Shown: one piece after another, positions 1 through 12,212 of the stretch
Layout of the letters: every line of letters begins with the position of its first letter
Position numbering within the stretch: the first letter of the stretch is position 1
Source of the DNA: Octopus vulgaris
Lineage: Eukaryota
Assembly: GCA_951406725.2 (NCBI GenBank)
Contig: OX597824.1
Span: 9,920,001 to 9,984,000 of the forward strand
Direction: 5' to 3'
DNA: 64,000 nucleotides
Program-made: the position numbers and the translations under genes
Notes under the pieces: generated by a model
The model's input: the letters and a program-made list of their open reading frames with translations, nothing else
Databases searched by the model: none
What the model was told of the DNA's origin: nothing

Positions 1-501
1 TTATTCTCCAAGGAATTATTTCTCTACTTTCGGGATCTTTTTTTTCATTTTCTTCTAACCACTTGATTTTTGCAATTCTCAGTGGATTATTTTCAAATTT
101 TCTGCTCAGATGTAGATTTACATGTTGACAAATATTGCCAAAAGATTACTAATAAACAAGATAGAAGCATTTAAAGTTGTATATTTTTAGCCAATAAAAT
201 GAGTCCTGTGTCCTCACCAACGGAAGTTGAAACTGTCAGTTGCCATATTTTACCATCGCAACAAACAGACTACCGCTAAAAATGTAGATAATTTCGTTAA
301 TTTCATAACCATCCTGGTGTATTTCAAGAGAACCGTGAAAACTGAAATGTTTTTTGTTTTGCTTTTAAGAATTTGATAAAACAAACAAACGAAAAGGGAG
401 TTTTTTTAATACAAAAAGAAAAGAATTTCATTGAAAGAAAACAACGATCAAATATTTTCGACCTGCCGCTAGAAATAACAACCATATGCACACATGCACA
501 T

Positions 502-532
<31 letters not shown>

Positions 533-611
533 TTCATATACACACATATATATATATATATTTAGATAGTAAGGGATTACTATTATATATATATATTGTT
601 GTTGTTGTTGT

Positions 612-897
612 TCTTTGTTCCTTCTCGAGCCACGCCTGGCTCATAAGGGCCGGTTTCCCGGTTTCCTTGGCGTATAGGTTCCCCACCTGGACGGGACGCC
701 GGTCCGTCGCAGGTGAGCTGCAAGATGCAGAAGGAAAGAGTGAGAGAGAGTTGTGATGAAAGAGTCAGCAGAAGTTCGCCATTACCTTCTGCCGGAACCG
801 CGTGGAGCTTAGGTGTTTTGTTCATAAAAACACACATCGCCCGGTCTGAGATTCGAACCCGCGAGTCCACGGATCTAACCACTAGGCCATGTGCCTC

Positions 898-900
<3 letters not shown>
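612..900 (-). mobile_element. tRNA-derived SINE (family also at 6020-6270, 10292-10447, 17749-18051)
   Basis: Minus strand starts GTGGAGGCACATGGCCTAGTGGTTAG...GGGTTCGAATC (A and B boxes); related copies elsewhere in the window. Confidence 0.7.
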
Positions 901-961
<61 letters not shown>

Positions 962-1377
962 AATTAGTAAATAAATGGCACAACTAAGTACTGGAAATAG
1001 CGAGTGTGTTAGTATTAATGTGGTAACATCGTAGATTTCGTCTTGGTATATGTTTGGCTGAAGAAGGTAAAGCAAAATATGAGTGAGAGACATATCTTGC
1101 AAAACCTGAAACCTGCAGGTACCACATTATCCATTTTCCGGGTGTTTCATCTTTCAGATGTTCTCCCTGGAGGTAAGACGGTTTTTTTTTTCTCTATTTT
1201 GTTGCACACACGCATTTTGCTAATACATACGCGGTGAAGCTACACATTAGCGTCGTAATTTTACGTTCGCTATTTCCAGTAAATATCGGTACTTAGTTGT
1301 GCCATTTATTTACTAATTTGTGTATTTTTCCCTCACGGGCTACTTTTTACTGGAAGGCAATACTTTGTATTGCATTA

Positions 1378-1467
<90 letters not shown>

Positions 1468-1487
1468 TGTATGTATGTATGTATGTA

Positions 1488-2634
1488 CAGGCATACTTCG
1501 GCTTAACTCGTTTCGATTTAAGCCGTCCTCTATTATACGTCAGTTTCCAAAAGTATATATATGGGAAAATAAAAAACAAGTTAAGTCATTTTACTCGACT
1601 TTACGTCTGTCCGCCACAAATATTGGAATCGTAAACTCACTAGAAAACCATTAAAAGCACCTAAAGCATATTACTGTACAATAAATAAGAATAAAAGCAT
1701 ATAAAATCATATTAAAATACGTAAAGTAAATGTTAAGATACACACCATAAAGTAGTGTAGGTTAGTGAATGAAATGATGAAATCAGCTGTGTTGTCTTGT
1801 TCTTTCGCAGTTCATATTACACTGTAGTTCCAATATCTATCGTTAGGTGTCGTTGTTACTTGTGTTTCCCGCGATTGTTTTGAATTCAGATTTATTTACG
1901 TCGGTTTATCGGTTACTTTCTCATTCTCATTCATTTGTCATTTTATATTTTGCGCCCATGGCTCCTAAGAAAATTCATAGTGAAAGTGTTAAGCGTCATT
2001 CTATAACGCTGGAAGATAAACTGGCCATGGTAAAACGCCATGAAAAAGGTGAAAAAGTGGTAGCAATTGCACGATTTGGGGGGATGAGTCGGACAACTGT
2101 ATCGATGATTGTACATAATATGCACAAGATTTTAGCACATATCAAATCTGAAGCCCCAGGGAGGAAGAACAGTGTCATCAATAAGAAAAGACGCAAAATC
2201 TTTGAAGAAATGAAACGTCTTCTTTCCCTTTGAATTGTTGAATCGTCAGCGTGCTACTATTAGTCAAGAAATCATTTAAGAGAAAGCGTTTTTCTTTGTT
2301 TGAGGACCTGAAGAAAAGATATCCAGATGAGAAAGATGTAGAATTCAAGGCAAGTCAAAGATGGTTCATGAGATTTAAGGAGCGAAGAAGTTATCTCTCC
2401 ATTAAGAAGTGAGGTGAAAGTGCATCAGCTGACGAGCAAGCAGCAGTGGAATTTCCTAATGCGTTAAAGAAAATCATTGAAGAAAACAGGTTTCTTCCCG
2501 AACAGATTTTTAACGTAGACAAAACTAGATTGTATTGGAAAAAATTGCCAGACCATTCATTCATTTCCAAGGAGGAACAAACTATTCCATGCTACAAGGA
2601 CATGTTGGATATTAACCCTAAAATGATGCTATAG
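1488..2634 (+). mobile_element. Degenerate Tigger/pogo DNA transposon (5' TIR plus CENP-B-type HTH and DDE transposase fragments)
   Basis: TA-CAGGCATACTTCG terminus resembles the Tigger1 TIR. ORFs RHSITLEDKLAMVKRHEKGEKVVAIAR, FKASQRWFMRFKER and PEQIFNVDKTRLYWKKLP are TIGD1-like, with stops and frameshifts. Confidence 0.88.
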
Positions 2635-2774
2635 TGATGCTTATGATGTCTTGCATAAACAAGTGTCGACCTTATCCCACCAATGCTAGTGTCTAATCGT
2701 GGACCTCCAGCGTGGAAATTGTTGTATACAGTAACTCTCTGTTAAATAGACAAGATAGTGACAAGTCGATGGTA

Positions 2775-3145
2775 TGGCCGCGTGATTAAGAATCTTGCTT
2801 TACAACCACATGGTTTCGGGATCAGTCCTTCTGTACGGTACCTTAGGCAAGTGACTTCAACAATAGCCCTGGCCTGACTGATGCCTTGTGAGTGAATTTA
2901 ACAGGCGGAAACTGTGTGGAATCCCATCGTGTGTGAGAGAGAGAGAGAGACTTTGCGTTTGTGTTTGTCCCCCATCCACTGGTGACAACTAATGTTGGTT
3001 TGTTTACCTCCCCGTAACCTAGCGGTTCGGCAAAAGAGGAGATACGATAAGTACAACGCTGAAAAAATAAGAACTGCAGTCGATTTGTTCGACAAAAACG
3101 CTTCAAGACGGTGCTCCAGCATGGCCACAATCCAGTGACTGATCG
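2775..3145 (+). mobile_element. CORE-type tRNA SINE (the most abundant family in the window)
   Basis: Head plus ACCTTaGGCAAGTG CORE-like block, internal microsatellite, tail GGTGCTCCAGCATGGCC. Related copies at about 7200, 16700, 26290, 28295, 37750, 39438, 52228, 59511, 61207 and 62401. Confidence 0.75.
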
Positions 3146-3512
3146 ATAAAAATAAATCTGATCAAATCTCAAAGATAAAATTAATGTCCCTAACCACGTG
3201 ACCCTGTGCTTCTTGTCTTCTTCCCAAATTCGCCATCTTATCTCTCTCGCAAACCCATTCCCAAATCTCATTCTCTTTTAAAATAACGTTTATACTTTAA
3301 TAATCTTTCTGCTTCTATATTTATAAACACTCTTTCTTTTATGCAATGAGATTCAACGTTTCATTTGCTCATAAAAATATATTTCGCTCCATAATTTGTT
3401 TTTATTTCAAAATTATCAACTGTGACGTCATAATCCTTTAATTGAATCAATTTCCTGCGTTTTTCTTTTTTGTTCTGTTTCAATTGTCAAGATACCAAAA
3501 CGGTATTTCATA

Positions 3513-3542
3513 CTCTCTCTCTCTCTCTCTCTCTCTTCTCTT

Positions 3543-3610
<68 letters not shown>
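3513..3610. repeat. (CT)n microsatellite
   Basis: Directly visible dinucleotide run. Confidence 0.95.
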
Positions 3611-3616
<6 letters not shown>

Positions 3617-4265
3617 ATGTATCTCTCTATTTTCCCCCCGCTCTCTGTTCGTCTCTTTCCTTCTCTTTATCTATTTCTTTGTATCTATTCCTCTCAGTCA
3701 ATCGCTGTCTATCTATCTTTCTGCCTACTTCACCCGGTCTTTCATTTCCACACTTTTTGTGTGTGTGTGTTTATTGTATACTCCACACAGTAGAAGTTTG
3801 CAGATATATTTAACAACAGACAGAGCGATACATTGTGTTTTATACGATGGGAGACTCTCGTAGTCCTAGAAAGACGCTTCGACAATTTGTTGCTGAACAA
3901 TCTACGCAAGTATGAACGATATTTTCTAGGTTTAAAGAGAGCAAAGGTTTGTGCTGTACATGAGCACACACACACTCTCTCTCTCTCTCACCATCAAACC
4001 GACGTTGTCTGAACCGGTTCTCGGTCTACCACACGTCAAGTGTCGAAGTGATCGCAGCAGGGCAACGTGAGAAGAAGCGTTTTGCTCAAGAACACAACGT
4101 ATCTCCCGGTCCAGGAATCGAAATCCCGATCTCGCGATGTGCGCAAAACACCCAAACCCCTTGGGAAGATAGCAATTATTCCCTGACTGCTGGTTTGTGC
4201 AAGAATTTGAAACCATAGAAAATTACTATTTGTTAATCTCTCAACGAGAGATATCCAGCAACAGT

Positions 4266-4433
4266 ATTTGCCAACATAACATGGCAGTCCTGGTTTAGGA
4301 CGAATGTTGCTGTAATTTAGCCCAAAATAGGGACACAGATAGTGTCATATAGCCAACTGGAGACGATGTCTCCTGGGTCTAAATTACAGCAACATTCGGC
4401 CTAAACCAGGACTGCCATGTTATGTTGGCAAAT
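4266..4433. repeat. Inverted repeat, about 58-bp arms and 50-nt loop (MITE-like hairpin)
   Basis: ATTTGCCAACATAACATGGCAGTCCTGGTTTAGG...AATTTAGCCC is mirrored by GGGTCTAAATT...CCTAAACCAGGACTGCCATGTTATGTTGGCAAAT. Confidence 0.9.
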
Positions 4434-5728
4434 CTATTATATAAAATCTATTCTGTCTGCCTCTGTGTGTGTCTTCTAGGATCTCGGGCATCCTCCATCC
4501 GATTGCGCTCAAATTCGATATGTAAATACCGACGTTATCAGGGCGTGTATAAGTTTTGAAAACATTACAAAAATCGATTCCAGGTGAGAATGCATAACTG
4601 CACCTTCCATTTGTTGTTGTTTTTGTACTGCTTAAAGGCACGTTTCTTTCCTGCCACGCTTACTGTTTAAACCATATTTGTGTTCTCCCAGTCAACAGCC
4701 TTATCATTACTGGTACTTTAAACTCTTCGGTTGCATATTTGTATGAATAAAATCGTTTTTCTTTGGAATAGAAAAAAGTCTATCTTTATTTCTTCTTTTG
4801 GTGGTGTCTCAAATTTAGGTTAAATCAGTGTTTCTCAAAGGGAAGGCCTATGGGACGGTCGGACAAGTTGTTTTGAGAAAATTTGGTTTAAATGTTTGAC
4901 AACTCAGCACCGTCCATTGGACGGGGAGCGTTTTGCTCGTAATCTTTAATTTGAAACCATTATACATAACTGCTGATTGACGTTTAGTAAGAAGACACAG
5001 CCGGGCATCGGCAGAGCAGCTGACATTAGCATGGTTTACGGCAGTGAACAAAAGTCTGAGTTCTGTTTGAAGTGTACAATGGGAAAAATAATAATTTTGT
5101 TCTAGTTGTTTAGTTCAAATCAGTCCTGATCAAAAACAAATATGATCAACGGTGCTCCAACCGTGACTGTCCTGTCATTTAGTCATTAATTTATATCTCT
5201 GACGACCTTTAAATTATTTTATACTCTAGGCAAAAGGCCCGAAATTTTGAAGGGAGGGAGCCAGTCGATAAGATCTACCCCAGTACGCAACTGGTACTTA
5301 ATTCATCAACCCAGGACGAATGAAAGGCAAAATCGATCTTGCCTTGGCGGGTGATTCGACTGTTGTTTCTAGTAGCTCGGTAGCTGTGTCTGGGGCCTTA
5401 TAAGCTCAGTTCCAAATTATGATCTTCTTATACATATAATGTGCGTGTTCTAATCAAGGACGGTTAAGTAATGAATCAATTGGTGCTTTTTTGAAATTCG
5501 GTAGTTCCGCCACTCAGAGATGTCTCTCTCGATCTGGAAATAAAACAACTTGCCATTGTTATTGTGGTTGATATTGATGTAATTGAGGTCGAATATCTAT
5601 TATGAGTATCATTGTAAATATTATGTACTATAAATAGTGTCTAAAAAAACAAGTATCCTTTAAGAATATTATTTGATCCACACTTGACGACGTTTATCCG
5701 TTAATGAGTCAATATTTCAATATTTCTA

Positions 5729-6015
5729 GGGCGGCGAACTCGCAGAATCGTTAGCACGCCGGGCGGAATGATTAGCGGTATTTCGTCTGCCGCTACGTTC
5801 TGAGTTCAAATTCAGCCGAGGTCGACTTTGCCTTTTATCCTTTCGGGATCGATAATTTAAGTACCAGTTACGCACTGGGGTCGATATAATCGACTTAATC
5901 CGTTTGTCTGTCCTTGTTTGTCCTCTCTGTGTTTAGCCCCTTGTGGGTAGTAAAGAAATAGGTATTTCATCTGTCTCTACATTCTGAGTTCAAATTCCGC
6001 CGAGGTCGACTTTAC
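5729..6015 (+). mobile_element. tRNA-derived SINE with MetaSINE-like central domain
   Basis: GGCGGCGAACTCGCAGAA head, GAGTTCAAATTC B box, GAGGTCGACTTTGCCTTTtATCCTTTCGGG core. Copies at about 6600-6990(-), 34120-34333(-), 36861-37090(+), 49517-50115(-) and 61860-62110(+). Confidence 0.7.
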
Positions 6016-8223
6016 CTCTGTGGAGGCCTAGTGGTTAGGGTGTCATCACCATGATCGTAAGATTGTGGTTTCAATTCCTGGACCGGGCGACGCGATGTGT
6101 TCTTGAGCAAAACACTTCATTTCACGTTGCTCCAGTCCATTCAGCTGGCAAAAATGAGTAACGCTGAGATGGACTGGCGTCCCATCCAGCTGGGGAACAC
6201 ATACGCCATAGAAACCGTGAAACCGGGCCCATGAGCCTGGCATGGCTTTAAAAAGGGCGCATTTATTTATTTTATTTAGACAGCGACAGGGCTTCATCTC
6301 GCTTGATGTACGTTCACCTCACATTTGCTGTAACAATTCAATTGTGAGAGTTTCGTATTTCATATAAAGAAAATACCAGACTGAAGCTTGAATAAAAAAC
6401 ACAATATCTGGGAAATAGATACAATCCTTTCAAAATATAGGCACAAGGCCTAGATAGAATTCTTTGAAATATAAGTACAAGGCCTGAAATGTCAAGGAGA
6501 GGGTTTAGTAGATTTCATCGGCTCCACTTCTGGACTGGCACCGATTTTATCAACACTGAAAAATTGAAAGGCAAAGTCGACCTTGGAGGAAGTTGAATAT
6601 ATATATTTCTTTATTACCCACAAGGGGCTTGATCGGATTAAGTCGATTATATCGACCCCGGTGCGTAACTGGTACTTAATTTATCGACCCCGAAAGGATG
6701 AAAGGTAAAGTCGACCTCGGCGGAATTTGAACTCAGAACGTAACGGCAGACGAAATACCTATTTCTTTACTACCCACAACGGGCTAAACACAAAGAGCGG
6801 ACAAACAAGGACACACAAACGGATTAAGTCGATTATATCGACCCCAGTGCTTAACTGGTACTTATTTAATTGACCCCCGAAAGGATGAAAGGTAATGTCG
6901 ACCTCGGCGGAATTTGAGCTCATAGTGTAAAGGCAGACGAAATACCATTTAGCATTTTGCTCGTCATGTAAACAATTCTGCCAGCCTGCCGTCAAGGTTG
7001 AATGTATAGAACCATAAGAAATGTTGCTAAGTATTTGGTCGGCTGCGTAATGTTTCTGCTGATAATCCACAGCCTCTAATCCGCCAAACATATATAATAA
7101 ATTGAAAAGATGTTTACAGAAATAAAAATTGAATGAAATTTTAAAATAATGTATTTTATTAAGTAAGGAAACTTTAAATTCGAAATATTCTTTGTGGTGT
7201 TGGCATGGCTGTGCGGTTAAGAAGTTCGCTTTGCAACCATGAGGTTTCGGGTTCAACTGCGCGGCGCCTTGGGCAAGTATCTTCTCCCTGGGTTGACCAA
7301 AAGCCTTGGGAATGGATTTGGTAGACACGGAAACTGTGTGGAAATCTGTCGCGCGTGCGCGTGTGTGTGTATGTACGTATGTATTATGTATGTATGTACG
7401 TATGTATTATGTATGTATGTGTGTATATGTGTGTATGTCTTAATGTTTGTAACTACCACCATCGCTTCACAACTGGTGTGCGTTTGCTTGCTTTAGCAGT
7501 TCAGCAAACGAGAAGCGATAAAATAAACACCACACTATTTGAAACATTAAGTAATGGGGTTTATTTGTTGGACTAAATTCTTCAATGTGTGTTCCAGCAT
7601 GGTCGCGGTCCAATTACTGAAACAAGTAGAAGATAAAAGGTTTAATTAAATAAAGAATTCAAATTAATGACAGTAAATATTTCTTTTGGTCAAGTCAAGT
7701 CAAAACGTTTCTGGTAATCCTATTGATTTGCTGGTCCGTGCCAATTTTATTGATTCCCTGATTCAATTTCTGTTGGAACCAGCATGATTTGAACTCAAAA
7801 CCAACCGGTCCAAGATTTTCACATTTATGCCGTTGCAAAGTTGCTTCTGGAAATTTCTGAAAACGTATCCAGGGTATGATAACGCTAAATTAGTAAGGGA
7901 GAAAACTCTGACGTTACTAACGAATTGGAAGGGAGAAAATTCTCCTTTCAGATTGAAATAAAACTATAATTTCGTAAAACAAGTTTCCTTCAATTTGTTC
8001 ATAAATGAATCTAACAACTACCACGCCAACTCTGCTTGTCTCAGATAGCAATTTCCTCACGTTTTCTAAAGTCAGATAAGAGTTACACAACACTGGACTA
8101 CTAGTTCTTCCTTTATTGAGCTTGGAAAGATCAAAGGCAAAGTCAACCTCGGAAGTGGGATTCGAACTCTAAACATTAAAAGAAAAAACAATAAATAAAT
8201 ACAACAAAGAATTTTGCCTGGCA

Positions 8224-8224
<1 letters not shown>

Positions 8225-8264
<40 letters not shown>

Positions 8265-8295
8265 ACAACAACAACAACAACTATAATAATAAAAC

Positions 8296-8331
<36 letters not shown>

Positions 8332-8355
8332 TGATGATGATGATGATGATGATAA
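8225..8355. repeat. Compound trinucleotide microsatellite (TAC)n(AAC)n(AAT)n(GAT)n
   Basis: Directly visible. Confidence 0.95.
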
Positions 8356-8714
8356 TCCTTTGTACTATAGGCACAAGGCCTGAAATTTGTATGGAGGGGA
8401 CTGGTCGGTTACATTGGCCCCAGTGCGTAACTGGTACGTTATTTAATCGATTCCCTGAAAAGACGGAAAGCGAATCCGACCACGTCGGTTCAGATTTTAT
8501 ACGGGGTATGGTATATAAGCCGACCCATAGTTTGGGTCGGAGAGCTGATATTTTAAAGTTCAAATTCCATCCTGTACGCTGGTATATACGGTATACAAAA
8601 TGAATTAAATGAGACATCCCAACACGATGACAACCACCCAGGAGGTCAATCAAGGAAGCTCATAGACTCTGTTATTGAGAATATATGCTCTCTCCCAGCA
8701 GTCTCAATTTAAAT

Positions 8715-9613
8715 GTGCTGTGGCCAACGCGCTGCCAGAGTGAGAGTTGGAAGAGTACCCCCGCGAAATCGAGGAAGAATGGCTGGTAGCAGCCATAATA
8801 CACAACATGAAGGATGGGATGCTCAAGATAACGAGGACCCCAAAGTCCAATTAGTGGGGATATAGCTTCGAAGTGACCATGCGGGTATCTTTGGAAGACT
8901 TGCATAGTATAACGGAAGAAATAATACTCCCGGAAGACAGCAGACTTCGAATAACAGTAGAAGGAAGACCACCAACATGCTCCCTATGCGGCAAAAAGGG
9001 GCACATGAAAGCGAGATGTCCCGAGAAAGAAAACGAAGAGGATAAGAAAAGTGAAGAGAACAATGCCGAAGAGGTAGTACCACCGAAAGAGACAGATAGA
9101 GTGGAGGAACGCTTCACAGTAGTAAACACGAGGAAGAGAAAGGAACGGGTGAATTCTCCCCCAGACTGTCAAAAAGGGCTAAAGGAGATTGTGATGGAAG
9201 AAAAGAGAAATAGGTGTGAAGCACCAACAGAAGCAGTAGTGAAAGAAGGCACACAGGAAAAAAAAACAGCATTACAACAGGGAGAAAAAGGAAGCGTTCA
9301 AAAAATAGGTTGTGATGTTTCTGTACGCCCAAACAGATCAGGACGGGGGCCGAAGCAAGCAGAAATGAAAAGGAAGGGATATAAGTGGCATTTGGTCACT
9401 TATTCTAAGAGTAAAGAAATAGAGAAAACGATTGTAAAATATAAATCAGTAATAAGAGAGAAGCTGCCGCCAGGAAAATACCCGGAGTACACAAAAGGAA
9501 TAGTCATACACAAAGAGAGATTTTTGAAATTGAGAGTGATGTATGGACTTTTCATTGACCCGCTGGGGTCTATGAAGTCGAGTTTGACGAGCTCCCGCCG
9601 GTCGTGGAATTAG
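8715..9613 (+). pseudogene. Non-LTR retrotransposon ORF1/gag-like remnant with CCHC zinc knuckle
   Basis: RITVEGRPPTCSLCGKKGHMKARC fits CX2CX4HX4C. The upstream RVRVGRVP..IEEEWLVAAI segment is interrupted by a frameshift and a stop. A-rich 3' region with AATAAA at 9958. Confidence 0.72.
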
Positions 9614-10447
9614 AAGATTTGAAACCCTTTATGAACATTTAAAAATAAGTAAAATTTGTACTTCATTAAAAAAAAACGAGGAAAATAGACTGTTAAAATG
9701 TATAAAGAAAAAAGAAAAAAAAAAAACGATACAAAAAAACAACAAAAGACTAAGAAAAAGAACAAGCTAAAAAAGGAAACAAAAAAAAGAAAAAAAGACT
9801 GTAAGAACGTTTAATTGTAAAAAAGAAATCGCGGTTTCGTCTCGGAGCGGGACCGAGAGAGCCGTCTCATATTCATTATAATTCATTCTTTCATATGTTT
9901 TTTTTTTGTTCCCTCATGTTTGTGTGTGTCCCATCTGTATTCAGGCCTTGTGCCTATAATAAAGAGAGAAGCCGGTGATTGTCACACGTTGGAGACGGGT
10001 TACTACCCAGAAACTCGGATCTGTGGGTTACACGTAAGGCTAGAGATGGGAACGATAATTTTCCTTCGCGAGTACTAATCGGACACAGACAGCTTGTCGT
10101 TAGCCAGATGGAGGAGATGTCTTCCTGGGGCCATAAACAACAGTAGCATCGACCCTCTAGTTCCACCACATTGTGGTGGCAATTTTATATTTATGTTTTT
10201 TATTTTATTTTATTTTTATTTTATCTAGTTTCAGCTCACGAGCTGTGGCCATGCTGGGGCACCGCCATATATATATATATATATATATATATCACCGTGA
10301 CCGACCAGGTTATCAGATATGTTGCTACACATCGCTGGTCACAATGCGCTTGGCATTGTTTTACCCTTCAAATGACGCCATCCCGCTGGCTAAGCGAGCA
10401 GGCTAACAGAATAAAGAGTGAGAGAAGGTTGTGGCGAAAGAGTACTG

Positions 10448-12212
10448 GCCGGACCAAACCTGACCGAACCAAACCGGACCAAACCGAACAAAATAATTTC
10501 AGAAAAAATTTTTCAAAAAATTATGACCAAAAATTTTCAAAGAATTTTGACCAAAATTTTCAAAAAATTTTGACTAAAAACTTTCAAAACCGGACCAAAC
10601 CGGACCGATCCAAACCGAACCAAACCGGACAAAAGCGGATCATCCCGCTCCAAACCGGATCAAACTGGTCAAAACCGGACCAAACCGGTCCGACGCGGAT
10701 CAAACAGGCTCAAACCGGACCGGACCAAACCGGTCCAAACCAGCCCAAACTGGAATGGGGGTATTTTCAAGGTAAAGGAAAGATGGACACGTATTGTGCA
10801 ACGTAATGGTTCAGATTTCGTTCATTAAATATGTAATGGCAAGTATTTAGTGACCTTCACTTTCCTTTAAAAATCGTAACGAACTTTCCAGACAACCCAA
10901 TAGAAACATAGCAAACCAGACTGAACCGGACCGAACCGGTCCGAACTGGACCAACCCGGACGGAACCGGTTCAAGCCGGACCAAACCGTTTCAAACCGGA
11001 TCAAACCGGATCGAACCGTTTTGGTCCGGTATCGACCGGTTTGAACCCGTTTGGTCCGGATTGAACCGGTTTGTTCCGGTTTGGTCCGGCTTGAACTGGT
11101 TTGATCCAGACCGATCCAAACCGGACCAAACCAAACCGGACCAAATCGGTCCGGTTCAAATCGGTTCAAGTCGGACAAAACCGGTCAAAATCGGACCAAA
11201 CCGGATCAAACCGGATCGAACTGGATCAAACCGGTTCAAACAGGATCGAACCGGTTTGATGTTTAAACCGGTTAAGTCCGGTTTGTTCCGGCTGCAACGG
11301 GACCGATCCAAACCGGACCAAACCAAACCGAACCAAACCGCTTCAGACCGGATCAAACCGGTTCAAACTGGATCGAACCGGTTTGGACCAGTTTGAACCG
11401 GTTTGGTCCGGTTTGAACCGGACCGATTTTCGTTCTGTTTGGTTTGGTCCGATTTGGTCCGATTTTGATCGTTCTGGTTCAAACCTGTTAATGCCGGACC
11501 GAACCGGTTCAAACCGGACCTAACCGGTTTAAGCATCAAACGGATAACAACGGGTTCAAACCGGATCGAATCGGTTTAAACATCAAACCGGTCTAAACCG
11601 GTTCGATCCAGTTTGAACCGGTTTCATTCGGTTTGGTTTGGTCCGGTTAAAACGGGTTCAAGCCGGACAAAACCGGTTAAAACCGGTTCGACCCAGTTTG
11701 AACCGGTTCGATCCGGTTTTTTATCTGGTTTGATCCAGTTCTATCCGGTTTGGACCGGTTTGAGCCGGTTAGGTCCGGTTTGAACCGGTTTGGTCCGGTT
11801 TGAAACCCGATTTGGTCCGGTTTGAAACGGACCGATTTGGTCCGGTTTGGTTCAGTCAGGTTTCGTTCTGTTTGGTTCGGTCCGGTTTGGATCGGTATGG
11901 TTCAAACCGGTTCAAGCCGGACCAAACCGGAACAAACCGGACCAAACGGGTTCAATCCGGTCGATACCGGACCAAAACGGTTCGATCCGGTTTCAATCGA
12001 ATTGATCCAGTTTCAACCGGTTTGGTCCGGTTTGAACTGGTTTGATGTTTAAACCGATTCGATCCGGTTTGAACCCGTTGTTATCCGTTTGATGCTTAAA
12101 CCAGTTCAAGCCGGACCGAACCGGTTCAAACTGGACCTAACCGGTTTAAGCATCAAACGGATAACAACGGGTTCAAACCGGATCGAACCGGTTTAAATAT
12201 CAAACCGGTTCA
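10448..12212. repeat. CCGG-centred 10-bp-period self-complementary satellite (AAACCGGACC/GGTTTGAACC type)
   Basis: Pentamer modules aaacc/ggtt/ggacc/ggatc/gaacc repeated in both orientations, with internal inverted blocks. Confidence 0.92.
10751..10902 (+). mobile_element. Mariner 3' end fragment with TIR, embedded in the satellite
   Basis: GGTATTTTCAAGGTAAAGGAAAGATGG...GAACTTTCCAGACAACCCAA-TA matches the mariner derivative at 32866-33636. Confidence 0.8.
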
